Source: Antedon mediterranea
Lineage: Eukaryota > Animalia > Echinodermata
Direction: 5' to 3'
Length of the DNA stretch: 64,000 nt
NCBI RefSeq assembly: GCF_964355755.1
Contig: NC_092678.1
Coordinates: 5,844,422-5,908,421, forward strand
The notes below the pieces were generated by a model, which worked only from the letters and a program-made list of their open reading frames with translations, ran no database searches and was not told where the DNA came from. Positions 40,321 through 53,411 of the stretch are shown in pieces. The position numbers and the translations under genes were made by a program. The stretch's first letter is position 1. Every line of letters starts with the position of its first letter.

Positions 40321-41887
40321 AAACCAACAATGTTTCTTGGACTATACCATTTATTGAGAGGGGTGTTGAATGAATTTTCAATTTTTTTAGTTATATCATC
40401 ATCTCTTTGAGGAGTATAGGCCATTATCGGTTTATACAGGTAAGCTAGGCACGAAATAGACACACATACACAAGGTGTTGTAACTGAACAAATGAACAGA
40501 AATGTTTGTTATGCGAAAAAATCACAAAAGGGATTTATTTTTTCATTGTATTCTTTGTGCTTTCAATTCAATTCAATTCAACTTTATTTCAGACAAACGG
40601 TCCATATGAAACATATAAATACAATAAAAAATAATACAAAGCATTATGTGACAACCGTCATGGAGAGAGAACTAATAATTATTTGTTGACATATAGTGCC
40701 TCTTAAAATACATGTGGATTATGTTTTGGGATTTATTGGATGTAGACTGTAGACATTATTATATTATTGATTACTATAGTTTATAAAACAACACATTATT
40801 ATGGCTATACTGATACTAGTTAACACACGTAAAAGTATACATGAGATTATATATACAAAAGTTCTATCCATTTTCTATGCAACTTTGAATCTTTCAGAAT
40901 ACGAGAAAAAACACATGTAATTAAAGTATTACAGCTCGCATGTTTTTAATTATTAGCATTTTCCTGTAGATTTCTGTATGGCAGTCTATGAATTAGCACA
41001 ACAGGCAAGGATATTGAATTAAGTTTATAAGGCTATCATCTAAATCCATGTGCAGATGGTGACTTAATGGTCTGCAGAACATACTTAAGAAGGAACTAAA
41101 ATGCTGTTTAAAGTTGTAAAAAACAACTAGTTTTTATTGGACATGTTTGTTGCATCCGTGTGACATCAGGTGGGTGATGATAAATAAATGCATCTTATTT
41201 TAAAAACCTGGAATACATTTCCTGGCTATGTATAGCTAAAATGTTCTGCACGACCTAGTGTTATTAATACAGAACCTTTGTACAAAGACAGATATAATAT
41301 GCTAATGGTCTTTTAACAAAGAAAACATGGGGAGAGCCCCTCCTTTGTATGATCATCCTAAGGCCTTAAAGGCCAGGTGCGGGCAAAAAATGTCTATTGA
41401 TTATACATTCCAATAGTTATGGATCTATAGTTCCCTTATGTTTCATAATATTTGGGATTTTATTTCTGTTACATGATCCTGTTGAAAATAAGCACCCACC
41501 AACTTTTTTCACTTGCTAGGGAGTCACCAGACATTTTTTGTACAATAGGTTAAACTACCTAACCACTGAAAAAAGTCAGTCTGGTTTATAAATAAGAAAT
41601 TTGCCAACTTTTGTATTTGAGCATTTTAAGGGAAATCCATGTTTTTCGTCATAATTTTTGTTACACATATTTTATTTACGGTATGTACAATTAACCAGAT
41701 ATTATATTTAAAATTCATGTCTGCACCAAAACTTCAACACTTGTGTGTAGAGCTATCAATAGAGTAAAGTCGTATAGAGAATAAATGTATCTGTAGAGCA
41801 TCTTGTGTATATGTTTGTCTTGTGAAATTATTAAATAGTTTATCCATCCTGTAATTGGCGGGTTACTCGCTGTTGGATGAGTATAAA

Positions 41888-41922
<35 letters not shown>

Positions 41923-42324
41923 TATTGTAAGAAAGACGTCCTACATGGCAAAGAAAGAATACTATATAAAAATTGTAGCAGATACCCTAAACCTTGCCTA
42001 CTGCATGTGGTGATGCCTCGTCCTAGATTGTAAACTTGCACATGAAACATACTGCTGGTACTGTAAAATCATTGAAGAAAAGATTGCATAAACCTAACTT
42101 AACTAATTTGCATAAAACCCTTTGTTTATCTGGATGGTCACTATACAACCCCCAAGACCAGTGTGTACACCTTAAATTTGCTTGGTCAGCTCTGGCCTCC
42201 GAAGTCTTGCTAAATTTGTAAACACACTTTAAGTCCTATAAACTCAACTAGAAGGCATAAAGGAAAATAAACAAGATTGTACATTTGAAAAATTATGGTA
42301 TATAATAAACAAATCAAAACTTAC

Positions 42325-42456
42325 TTGTTGTTTGGTTGTAACGTATATTGAATCGTTATCTTTGCTCAACATCAGGCCATTTCTTATAACTGCACTGCCG
42401 GCGTCTATTGTTTTCGTCTCGTACTTCTGAGCAGATGTCAATGAATTTAATCGTAG
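42325..42456 (-). CDS. Plexin coding exon 3 (end of Sema domain)
   Basis: TTCTTATAG|CTA...CAA|GTAAG; 132 bp, phase 0-0; LRLNSLTSAQKYETKTIDAGSAVIRNGLMLSKDNDSIYVTTKQQ. Confidence 0.92.
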
Positions 42457-42754
42457 CTATAAGAAATTAAATAAATCAATTTAATAAAACAATTCTATAA
42501 ATCAACAAATGTTTACACAAATAGAAATTATAAAGAGAAAATTCTTTATTTAATTTTTACATACTTGTGACAGTTCTCCGGTCTTTGATCAGGCAGCTTT
42601 AATTTGATGTACGCATAAACATTTTTAACTGTAAATAATTTTCTTGTGATTTTCAGTTTTGTTAATATTTTGCAATTTTATATATTTTGTATTTATTGTT
42701 TTACTTTTAAGGTGTACAGTAGTATGGAGAGCCAATTTGTCACGGTAGTGCTTA

Positions 42755-42920
42755 AGTGTGGTTCCCACTAGCGACGCAACGCAACGCAAGTGAATTGACC
42801 AATCACAAGCGATGGCTTATTCGCTTCTGATTGCTAACTGTCTAAACCTTCGCTTGTCATTGGTTGAAACGCTTGCGTTGCATTTACATCCTTGCGTTAC
42901 GTTCTAGTGGGAACCAAGCT
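42755..42920. mobile_element. PIF/Harbinger-type MITE (reverse copy of 18495-18673)
   Basis: TTA|AGTGTGGTTCCCACTAG...CTAGTGGGAACCAAGCT|TTA. Confidence 0.88.
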
Positions 42921-43114
42921 TTAGAAGCACTCATGGCAATCCTCACGGTGCTGCACCTTTGCCATGTGTATAATGTTGTAGATTGAATTTTGTACTTGAA
43001 AAATTCTTATCTTTGCACACTCTGGGCTCCTGTGATGAGGCTGGTAACAACGTTGGAGGACATACTGTAGTTCACACCTATAGAAACCAATGTAAAATAT
43101 TCCAAAAACTTTAC

Positions 43115-43315
43115 CTTCACAAGATCACCTTTGTCATCTCCTAGGAATATCACACTTTCCTGTACCTCGTCTACGTATTGAAACGTGACCGATGTGAACA
43201 GTGTGTCATCCTCCTGATAAATAGCATCTGCTACAATCGGGGCATTACCCCCAAGGTCTGGAATCTGCTCAAGGTAATGGCAATAGGGCACTTGTTCGTC
43301 TACTAGAATTTGTTC
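43115..43315 (-). CDS. Plexin coding exon 2 (Sema domain)
   Basis: TTTTTTAG|GAA...AAG|GTAAA; 201 bp, phase 0-0; EQILVDEQVPYC...LFTSVTFQYVDEVQESVIFLGDDKGDLVK matches the C-terminal Sema pattern. Confidence 0.93.
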
Positions 43316-43738
43316 CTAAAAAAATTAATTTAAACGTTTCTGGTTACATAAAACTTAAATGACAGACAGATACTTCGAAAAATCTGGTTTCTGCTTGATA
43401 TTTTTTTTGTACCAAATTAGAATCAAATACAGTTTTTGTTGATCCTTTATACAGTAACACTGGTTTTATGCTTGAGACAAGTTGTATACATGTCTGACAG
43501 GCAATTTACTTTGTTTTCAAAATTGTAAATTGGTCAAAAGTTTAGGCTCTGTTACAAAAACGATTTATCACCAAGCAACTAGTTTTATTTGTATTGAATC
43601 TGATAGGCAACCACTTCTCATACCAAACACCCTACAGTAAAAAACATTTTTTTTGCAAATCATATGACTTTGTTAAATCGCATGTCTTTTTGACAAAGCT
43701 GTAATACTGTAATTATGTCATGTGTGAACATTTCTTAC

Positions 43739-44821
43739 CCATAAAGTATTTGGTTCGCACACATGCTGACTAGCTCCAGCCCATTGGACAGTTTTAAATG
43801 TCGTATTTCCTTGTGAACATTCCTTATATGCATTCAAGAACGAATATTCTATTTTATCCGACAAAGAATATACACAAACCGCAGATTTCCGCTCTGGAAT
43901 CGAACTTGCACCATTCTCAGACATTCCAAATGTTACAACAAGTATGAGTGATGATGTGTTTGGCTCAGATGGTACCCTATTCGCCAAGTAAGCTGATTGG
44001 GCAAGCATGTATTTCTGGCCATTATGATTGCAAACAAGAGGCAGTTCAATATATGATACCTTATAGGTCTGATCAGATTCACAAGTATGTGAAATGTATG
44101 TTTGGTAATTAGGGGTGGTTTGTGAGTAATTCTCATCATAAACAACAACATAATAGTTAACATTATTACTATTAAATCCATGTATAAAGTCCATTTTAAA
44201 TCCTTGTCTTATATGACTGTCTGATGCTTTCTTTTGTGATTTTTGCAGCATGCTTTTCTGTACCTCAAAATCTACTAAAGAACGTGTAGTGAATGGCGGT
44301 AAATCAGGTTCAATAGCAGCTGGAGTTCCAATATATAAGTTTGGTTCACCACCTGGATACTGTGTAATCATCGCTACACTATTTCCATCTGTGTTTATCA
44401 CTGGTGGACTAACCAGCTGACCAATATTTGTTAAGTTAGAACTATACAAAAACTCGCAAGTTCCTCGATTAACAGTTCCACACGAGATGATTTTATCACC
44501 AAATTGTAATAACAATTTGTTGGAATTATTCCTGAATGTTCGTTCAAAAGCACATTCTGCAGGGGGTGGCGTTTGACATTCTGGATTATCTAATTTTGGT
44601 CCAATATCTCCTTGTACTATTAGTCTTAAGTCACCAGCATCAAGTCTATAAACTTTGTTTAAGCCTCCGATAAATATATTTTCTGATTCACTATCATAAA
44701 CTAATGTGGAGAAATTGCCTGCAGGATCCTTATATTTGACGTAACTTTGTGATAAGGCCGGACATATTACAACAAAAGTGACTGCAACCTTCCAAAATAT
44801 CTTCAAGAAATGTTCTCCCAT
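43739..44821 (-). CDS. Plexin coding exon 1: signal peptide and most of the Sema domain (361 aa)
   Basis: Long ORF with a hydrophobic N-terminus (KVAVTFVVICPALS) and plexin Sema motifs IFIGGLNKVYRL, GPKLDNPEC, NKLLL, IISCGTVNRGTCE, SYIELPLVC, SAVCVYSL. Acceptor TTTTGCAG just before 44841, AAAATGG start context, donor TGG|GTAAG at 43738. Confidence 0.95.
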
Positions 44822-47800
44822 TTTGAAAAAGTACAGACACTCTGCAAAATAAAAATAATTATATATTTAATATTAAGTACTTGTAATGAATTAAATTGTA
44901 ATTGCATTTCAAAAATTATTTTCGAAAATATAACTTCTCTGAAAAATAACAAACACAGATTATTCTGTTGGCACAGTGCCTATAATGTACAAAACAGTAA
45001 GAAATCTAACAACCGTTGCAGGCTGCGATGAATATTAACTTTACTCAATGCACATTGCTACAAAAACATAAACGTCTTAACATAAGTCTAGACCAACTAA
45101 CCAATACCTTCAAAACACAGGTGGTATAAAATCATTGAAAAAATAGGAAGTTGTCAATGGTATGGACTTCTACAGTATTTAAAAGGAAATTGATTGGAAC
45201 AATACGCTTCCTACCTTATTAAATATAAAACACTAATAAACAAAAAAGAAGCTAAAAGGACACATTATTTCAGCTGTTCTCTGTAATTGATATCCAACTG
45301 CATGCCAAAATGTTACAGTTGAAGATTTCATTGTATTAACATCAATGGCCAAACAATAACAACAAAACGATACAACAGAACAACAACAAAAAAACATCAC
45401 AATACAAACAAATAGGAAATAATATGGGTATGTTCTTCTCAATGAGAAACAAAGTTCCATACAGAATGCATTCCTGTTGAACTATATGTGGTTGCGGACG
45501 TTTTCAACATATGTTAACAACACCATTTAATTTTAACCAATTTTCTTTACAGGAACACCCTTGATCTTCTGGTAGCAGACTACCAGCCTCCAGACAGGAA
45601 GGAAATATACATTCACCCAAGTAAAATACAAGTTGCTAACTGTTGAACACCAACAGGTGTCTTGTGGTGGTAGCACTCCACATACAGTATGCTCAAAACT
45701 AAACTGTGCAAACAGGGAGTGAAGTGACCATTTTAAAAAAAGCAGGAAGGTGGACTGAATTCTCAATTCTGTCCTATACTACTTTTCTAAGCCAGTTTTT
45801 CAAAAGCAACACAACCTTTTAATTGTCAATCTCCATTTTTAAATTATCTGGCGTGTCGATGTTTATAGGTTTTTTATACTTTCCTGAAATTTTTTATGCT
45901 AATTTTCCATTGGATCGAAGTTTACTACATATCATTTACATGGTTCACTAAGCCTAGGAAGGTAGATTTGCTATTTTGAGGCCAGTTGATAAAAACATTT
46001 GTGGAATGCAAATCTTACTGTGATGGTATATAAATATACAACCTCCTACGTAAAATCTCCACAACTTAATTTTACACCCATTCAAAGTATGGGAATTGTT
46101 TTAAGTATCTATAAGTATAAGCAATAAAAGAATTATACAGGTGTATTGCTCCTCCATAATATGTAGTGTAGCTAGACATATTTGACATCATTTATCCATT
46201 TTATTTGATGTACCGAGTACAATTTAAGAAGAGGGTGTATCTGTGAAAATAGGTACAATATCTTCCCAATTCAATTTCACCTACCTAGTAAGATTCTTTT
46301 TCAAACTGGAACCTCAAATACTGCAAGATCTTCCAACTCGTATCCACACATTGTTTCACTACATTCATTCCATGTACAACAAGTAAATGGTTTTAAAAAG
46401 TTTTACTATTTTAGGTTTACCATGGAGAGAGTCCTCCATGGTTTTATGAGCTAACCTAATTATTTAGTCAAGGCCATTTCTATTTTTGGGTAGAATAATA
46501 TGACATTTCCCCTATCACCTGCTAGATCCAGAGAAATATTAAACAAACAAGATCTAGAGATCACCAATAAAACATATCATTATGAGAAAACAACTTTACA
46601 ATCTTCTACACCCTTAAAAGTTTTGTTCCGGTTCCCATTTGGACGTAACGCATCGACATAGGCACAACGTAAGTGAGTTAACGCCAGCGAAAGTTAACTT
46701 TCAGTTAATTTTTCAAATTACTATCATCCTATGGACATGATGATGTCATATCACTACCATATTTAAGCATATCAACATTTTTGTTTGTCAAACTAGTTTG
46801 ATAGTGTAGACAGAGCTTAAGTTTAGAATAGACGTTCATATCAAACTCTTGTAAAATATCTCACATTTATTATCATAAAGAACACTTCAATAGTATGCTA
46901 TGCACTTTTTTACAACCCAGGAAATCTGGCATCAAATAGATAAAAATATAATACACAAAAAATTAATGTGTAATAATATACTTACAGATTTCAACAGTAC
47001 ATTAACCCAGATTCTATAACTTGACAAATACTAGAATTCATACTATTCCAACAACTGGTAATTACTAAATCGCAAGTGTTTCCAAGTAACTAGCCTTTAG
47101 CCAAGCAACAGCATTTAACGACTCTGTACAGCTAGCAACATGCTAAACAGAAGCAAACACACATCGTATCAACTTTGATCAACTAATACACTTTGAAAGA
47201 GAGTACAGTCACTGTGAACAAAGGGATGATTGGATACAACTGAATGCTTTCATGATTCACAATAGAGAAAACCTTGAGATTCTTATCCCAGGGTAATGAA
47301 AAGTCCACACTGTGCTGGTAAAAAACATCCTTAATGTGTAAAACAATAGACTTAAGTATGGATATACAACAAGAAAAGGTGTTTAAGGCCCCTGTCGAGC
47401 TTTTTGAATTTCTCGCGCCAAAATGTTAAGTTATCCTTAGATTTCACATTTCTTTAAAAAAAAAGAATTACTAAACATAAACATTAATGAACATAAACAT
47501 TAATGAAGATAAATTTTAAGAAACACAAACATTAATAACTAATAAACATTAAGGAACATAATCATTAATGGACTCAAACATTAATTAAACATTAAACTTT
47601 GATTTCAAAGTATAATTAATATGATGAAAGTCACTAATTTAGCAATTAAACTAAACTAATTTATAAATTTGGCAATTAAGTTTGACTAATTAGGTCATCA
47701 GTATGTATAAAATACCACCATGCTTAAACAAAATTAAACAATCAATTAACACCTATAATCGTTACCTACAAATGTTTTGCAAGAATTTATAACCACCCAA

Positions 47801-50800
47801 CGTGATGTTGAGTCATAAATATTTTGCACGGCTAGGATATCATTTTGGTGTTCAGAATTTCTAGAGGAAAACTTTGGCCTGCTGCCCAAGAATCACATGA
47901 ATAGTCACCACCAGATAATATGAGAGTTGATAATTTTTCATTAACAAAGGCTAACAACATATTGTAATATTAATATCTTTTATCGTAGCAGGGAGCAACT
48001 CCCTGATTATACTACTATATCTTCTACGATAAATTATTAACAATACAAAATATTTGAAATATATGTAACAATTCATTGTCAATCATAAAAAATAAGAAAA
48101 GTACAATATTATTATAAAAGAGTCTCTTTGTCTATGGGTGGAAAACCTGATGTATATAGACTATGTTTCCATCAGGAATAATTACACAGTGCATAAAATA
48201 AAATTGCTTTTATCAAACATTCAAGGTCGACACGTACCAAACTGATCCCACACACACCAACAACAATAGGAATGGACACAAAAGGAATGGAAAAAAGGAT
48301 GATATGAACAGATAATATGTATTGTGAATTGTTATACTATTATACTATAAAATACCTCAAATACCGTGTAATAATTGATTAATAGAAGAACTGTTAGGTT
48401 GAAACAAAATTATATTACCAGCACAAAGCAATAAAACTTTAACAAAAGAATGTTAAATACTTTATAGAATTGTAATAAGCAAGTCACTTCACAGATATTG
48501 TGGTAATTTTACTATTGTCCATGTAAAAAAAGAGTTCAAGAGATTATTCACATTTTTTAGAACAAAATTGTCCTCAAGTTTCTGTTTGTTGGGTTAAACT
48601 TCCAGGGCCATAGCCACCAGAGTGGTTGGTAACCTTTCAATCTGACCACTTTTAAACAGAAGCCTTCAACAACCCAGTGGGGTTGAACAGAGATTGTTCC
48701 CACTTTATTTCTTGTAGCTACAGCACTGTCTTCACTAGATAAGCAAGCGTTTGAACACCAAGACCATGCCTGAGAAATGGCGTAACGGAAGGGAAAAATG
48801 CCCCTGGTTTAGTACTTCTAAGGGCCCTCAAATGCTGGGCTGCTCAAGCTTGTGATGCTCAAGCTTTGGCACCTCTGGATTTAACCAGAACCAGTATTTT
48901 GGTGTTTGAACCATTTTATTCACACATAAGTCAGCATCCACAATATCACCATCTCACAGCTCAGTGTGTGGGGGCTTGTCACCAAAATATCACCATCTCA
49001 CACCTCTGTGTGAAAAGGCCTTAAGATATTTGTGATAAATTGTTCTTGTTTCTGTATTTTATTATGTAAACTTCTAAAAATAACATCTATTTCTTGACTT
49101 CCATGTTTTATTAAATTTGCTTACAAAGTTAAGCAGGCAGTTCAAACTTCAAGAAATGCGATTTAGTCTTGAGATCAATACCTTTAATAGACAATGGAAC
49201 TGCAATAAACTTGAATATGCGTATAATGCGAGGATATGAATAGTATTTTCCAAATCACAATGCTAATCCACAGTAATAATATCATACTAGTGAAGGCATC
49301 CAACACCTGGTTGACAATGGTATCTTAATTGCGTTTTCTGATTGATGTGACCGAACGATTCTATCCCTAGATACATAGACGCTTATCTCTTCTCAACGTT
49401 AACGACGACAAGCAGGCCGGAGCATCGATAAGTTCATGTGAATCCGCCGGTTTAATACAACTGCAGTCGGTTATACACGTGTATTTATTCTCAATCTAAA
49501 CAGTTTATCTTTGACTGTCAAAGCAAATGAACTTTCGATCATTTCACAAAAGGAATAATTGGTTGTTTTAGTTCGTTACGGTTTAATATATTTGTTTTGT
49601 ATCCTCGTTAAATTAAATCTTACTTCATACAACCTTTATAATCTTCAAATGTTGTGGTTTTTGTAAATTTACAAAATTAGAAACGATTGAAATCTACATA
49701 TCAATGCCCCAAGATCATGTGACCTACATATAATATAGTCATAAAAACAAAATACCAAAAATTAATATCCGGTATGAAATACAAGGAGATGTAGAATTGA
49801 ATTCAAACTTTCTATAAATTATTAATATTCCATATGCAGAAAATAAAAATCAAGAATTGTTAAAAAAAATAAACTGTACATATTGAAAATTGTCAAAACT
49901 AACTAAATGCGACAGAAACGAAAATTTAATATTTATGGAAATGAATCGTGTTAGTAAAGTTTTATAAAATTTTGATTCTAGAAATATTTCAAATTTTATA
50001 TTACAAAAATGCTTGCAATATTAAGTTGTTGAGTTGACAACGATTTCCTTTACCCTTGAGAGATGCCAAGTCTTCTTAGATTTAAAGATAAAATGTGCAG
50101 TTACTAAATATTCAGATGATGTAACTCATCCGCACTAGTTTTATTTAATGTATTATAATATTACCTTTATATGATTTCTGATCTGTAGAGTTTGATAAAT
50201 CCTTCAGAAGGACCACAAGTTTAGAACTATTGTGGATTAAATTATATTTAGATGTAAGTTGCCGGTGAGCTGGTCATAATCTAAATAAGCTATTTAAACT
50301 GAATTGCCTATAGCCTCCATCTGCAACACTACCTCACTATCAATCACGTTAAATTTAGTATCAACTGATTATGCCTCGTATAAATAAAATGGCTCAGAAG
50401 ATTTGTTTACATATTATGGACGTAACTATTTAAAATCTAAAGATACGCAAATAGTATTTGAACTAAAAAACCTATTGACTGCCCTAATTTTTATATCGAC
50501 AACATTTCTGGCAAATTGGTCCTCCTAAAAACCTGTTTTTAATCAGTTTAAATGTTAAAATTTACCAAAATACAATGCGCTCAGATGTATAAACTATACT
50601 GCATTATTTGACTCAAGGTCAATGGAGGTCATTCAAATAACTGTTATTTTGCATTGCAGCTAAAAATTGCACATATGTAACCGGTTAAATGTTGTTCTAA
50701 CGCTCAATCCATTGTGTGTTTTTAATCGTTAATTTGAGATCACCAAATTTTGGGTTTTAAAAGTGTTCCATTCCTTCTACTGTATACAGAAATCACAGAG

Positions 50801-52659
50801 ACTCACTGTAAGTAGTTTTTACCTTGATAATGAAAAATGAATTAATTTAAATTTTATCACCAGTTACTGATTAAGCGAAGATTTATTACCAACTAACCTT
50901 GGGTAAATTATTATTCTAAGATCATAATTACGTTTTAGGATGATGTAAAGATACTTCAACAACAAATGAAAGTGCAAGATCTACAGTTATTTTAATATAG
51001 TTTCAACACTATAAAGTATAAAGTGAATAACTAATATTGTTTTGACGTCCATTATATAAGCTGAATTATTATATAGTATCTAATTTTCTTTTAGAAAAAT
51101 AATAATTTAGGCGTGTGTCTAGTATGTTTAATTATTCGTAAAATTAATCTAAATGGTTTTTAGCATCAATCCAATTTATATGATTATGAAAGTGATTTGT
51201 GATGTTTTTTAGAAAATGTTTTCATCCCCATTGAGGATATGTACAGTTTAACCACAAGGAGTGGCTGATTTCGAGATAGTATTATGTGAACATGAATTAT
51301 TATATGTTTGTCTAGCCAGACTTGAAGTATGTTCTATGCATTAAAAGAAGGTCGAACGCCATCAACAGGAAGCAAGGTACACCAACGTTTACTCAAGGCT
51401 ATAAAATTATATAATAATTTATCAATAGTATTATTAAAGTTAAACAAGGCGCAGATGTCCAGATTCAGCAAATATATCCAATTTAATATTAAATATCCTC
51501 GTATTTACCGACAACGATTCTTATTTTTGATCAGAATTTGTTCTTCCGTTCAACGACTCCTCAGATCTATATTAATAAACATCAACGTAATTTAAGTACT
51601 TACGCACAATAAACTGGCACTCGCTCAGGGCTACGAGCCTAGTCTACAACATCTTCAACAATTCAACATTAATTTTGTATCGTGTTTCGTGCATTCGACC
51701 AAAGAAAATTGTAAGGAGCATTTAAATAGTTATAGCTACAGTAATAACTACAGTACTACCAAATAATAGTTAAAACCCTTTTAACTTTCTTTGTTACAAA
51801 TGCAAATACTCTCTCTACATACCAAACTCGCTGAAAACAGTAAACTCTTCCAAAACCAGACGTTTCTTGAGGTCCAAAAGGTCCCCAATTAATTTGTACC
51901 ATTAAAAACACATTATATACGGTATTGAGAAAGTTAACCGTACATACATACCTTTAGCACGTCCTGTTCAGTAAAGTTAACATTTTTATTGTGTCATACT
52001 AGTATAGATTTATTCTCTGTATCAATATATTTATAGTAGTTCTAGAAACATTGCACTTTACTCCGTATACTTATACTTCTCTCTCAAACAATATTTCTAT
52101 TCTGATCTGAGAAACTACCTAGCAAGACAAGACATCAATGTGTAACATCCAATCTGAAGTTAGCACCAAAACTGAAAGATCACCTATCATTGACCTCTGA
52201 CCTCAATAAAATCATTCAAGTATCAAAACGAAAGATGGTACTAGGTTCAACAACCTTAAATTTGCACCATTTCATTTATGATTGACATTTACGATGGAAA
52301 TTATCGTTGGAGGAAATATGTGAAGGCAGCTTTTACGTGATTCACCAGAAATGATTCGGTTATGGATTTATACAAAGGAATCACACGACATACCTACTAA
52401 AACTCTTTTCTTGATGAATACGCGTCAAAGTGTTGCATAGGTACAAACACTACAAATGTTTTCATTTAATTTCAATCAAGTTGATTACGTTCACGTTATA
52501 TGCCCGGGGCTAGTGAATCATACCATATGTTCTGTAATTTTACTTGCCTAAATTAATTTTGCAATTGCTGTACTTCCATGAAATCCAAGTAGCACATTCT
52601 TTCATTTTCTAGTTATCTCCAATAACATATTTTTAATTCAATTCTTTATACAGGTAAAG

Positions 52660-53411
52660 GAACAAATCACACATTTTCCAAATGTAATTATCACAGAACA
52701 TATCTCGGATTTTCCAAATGTTATCACAGAACATATCTCGCATTTTCCTGAAAATGAATCGCACATAAACAGATCTCACATTTTTTTGGAATGCAATTCT
52801 TATAACAGATCTCACATTTTTCCAAATGTAATTCTCAAAGTACAGATCTCACATTTTCCTGAATATAAATCGCACATAAACAGATCTTACATTTTTTCGA
52901 ATGCAAGTCTCGCAACAGATCTCACATTATTCCAAATATAATTCTCATAGTATAGATCTCACATTTCCTGAATATGAATCTCACATAAACAGATCTCACA
53001 TTTTTTTCGATTTGCAAGTCTCACACCAGATCTCACATTCCTCCAAATATAATTCTCATAGAACATATCTCGCATTTTCCTGAATATGAATCTCACATAA
53101 TAAAACGATCTCACATTTTGTTCAAATGCATACATATCTCACAACAGATCTCACATTTTCTCAAATATGAGCGTATAAATAATGCCAGAATACAATTCAT
53201 AAGCTTTAGTACATAGTACATTACATAGTATATTCTCATAGAACATATCTAACATTTTCCTGAATATGAATCTCACATAATAAAACGATCTCACATTTTG
53301 TTCAAATGCATACATATCTCACAACAGATCTCGCATTTTCTCAAATATGAGCGTATAAATAATGCCAGAATACAATTCATGAGCTTTAGTACATAGTACA
53401 TGACATAGTAT
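52660..53411. repeat. Hierarchical tandem repeat (~30-35 bp units plus a 180-bp duplication)
   Basis: Recurring ACAGATCTCACATTTT core; 53052-53231 is repeated near-identically at 53232-53411. Confidence 0.88.

Larger units (their letters stand above)
3207..44841 (-). other. Plexin-family gene, partial span (7 coding exons; 3' part lies beyond position 1; 5' UTR exon(s) not located)
   Basis: Seven exons splice in frame at canonical AG/GT sites (intron phases 0,0,0,2,0,1,0) into ~679 aa with the plexin order signal peptide-Sema-PSI-TIG-like-PSI. Subclass (A or B) cannot be assigned reliably by eye. Confidence 0.93.

Noticed and set aside
43718-43738. C-terminal VRNVHT and stop of the 367-aa ORF (secreted Sema-only protein)
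   Set aside because: Read-through past a consensus GTAAG donor into the intron; no evidence for a retained-intron isoform.
48603-48728. hAT-like MITE (CAGGGCC...GCACTG ends)
   Set aside because: Termini are weak and no 8-bp target duplication was found.
50165-50280. Possible minus-strand 5' UTR exon bounded by AG and GTAA
   Set aside because: Weak polypyrimidine tract; such site pairs are common by chance in AT-rich DNA.
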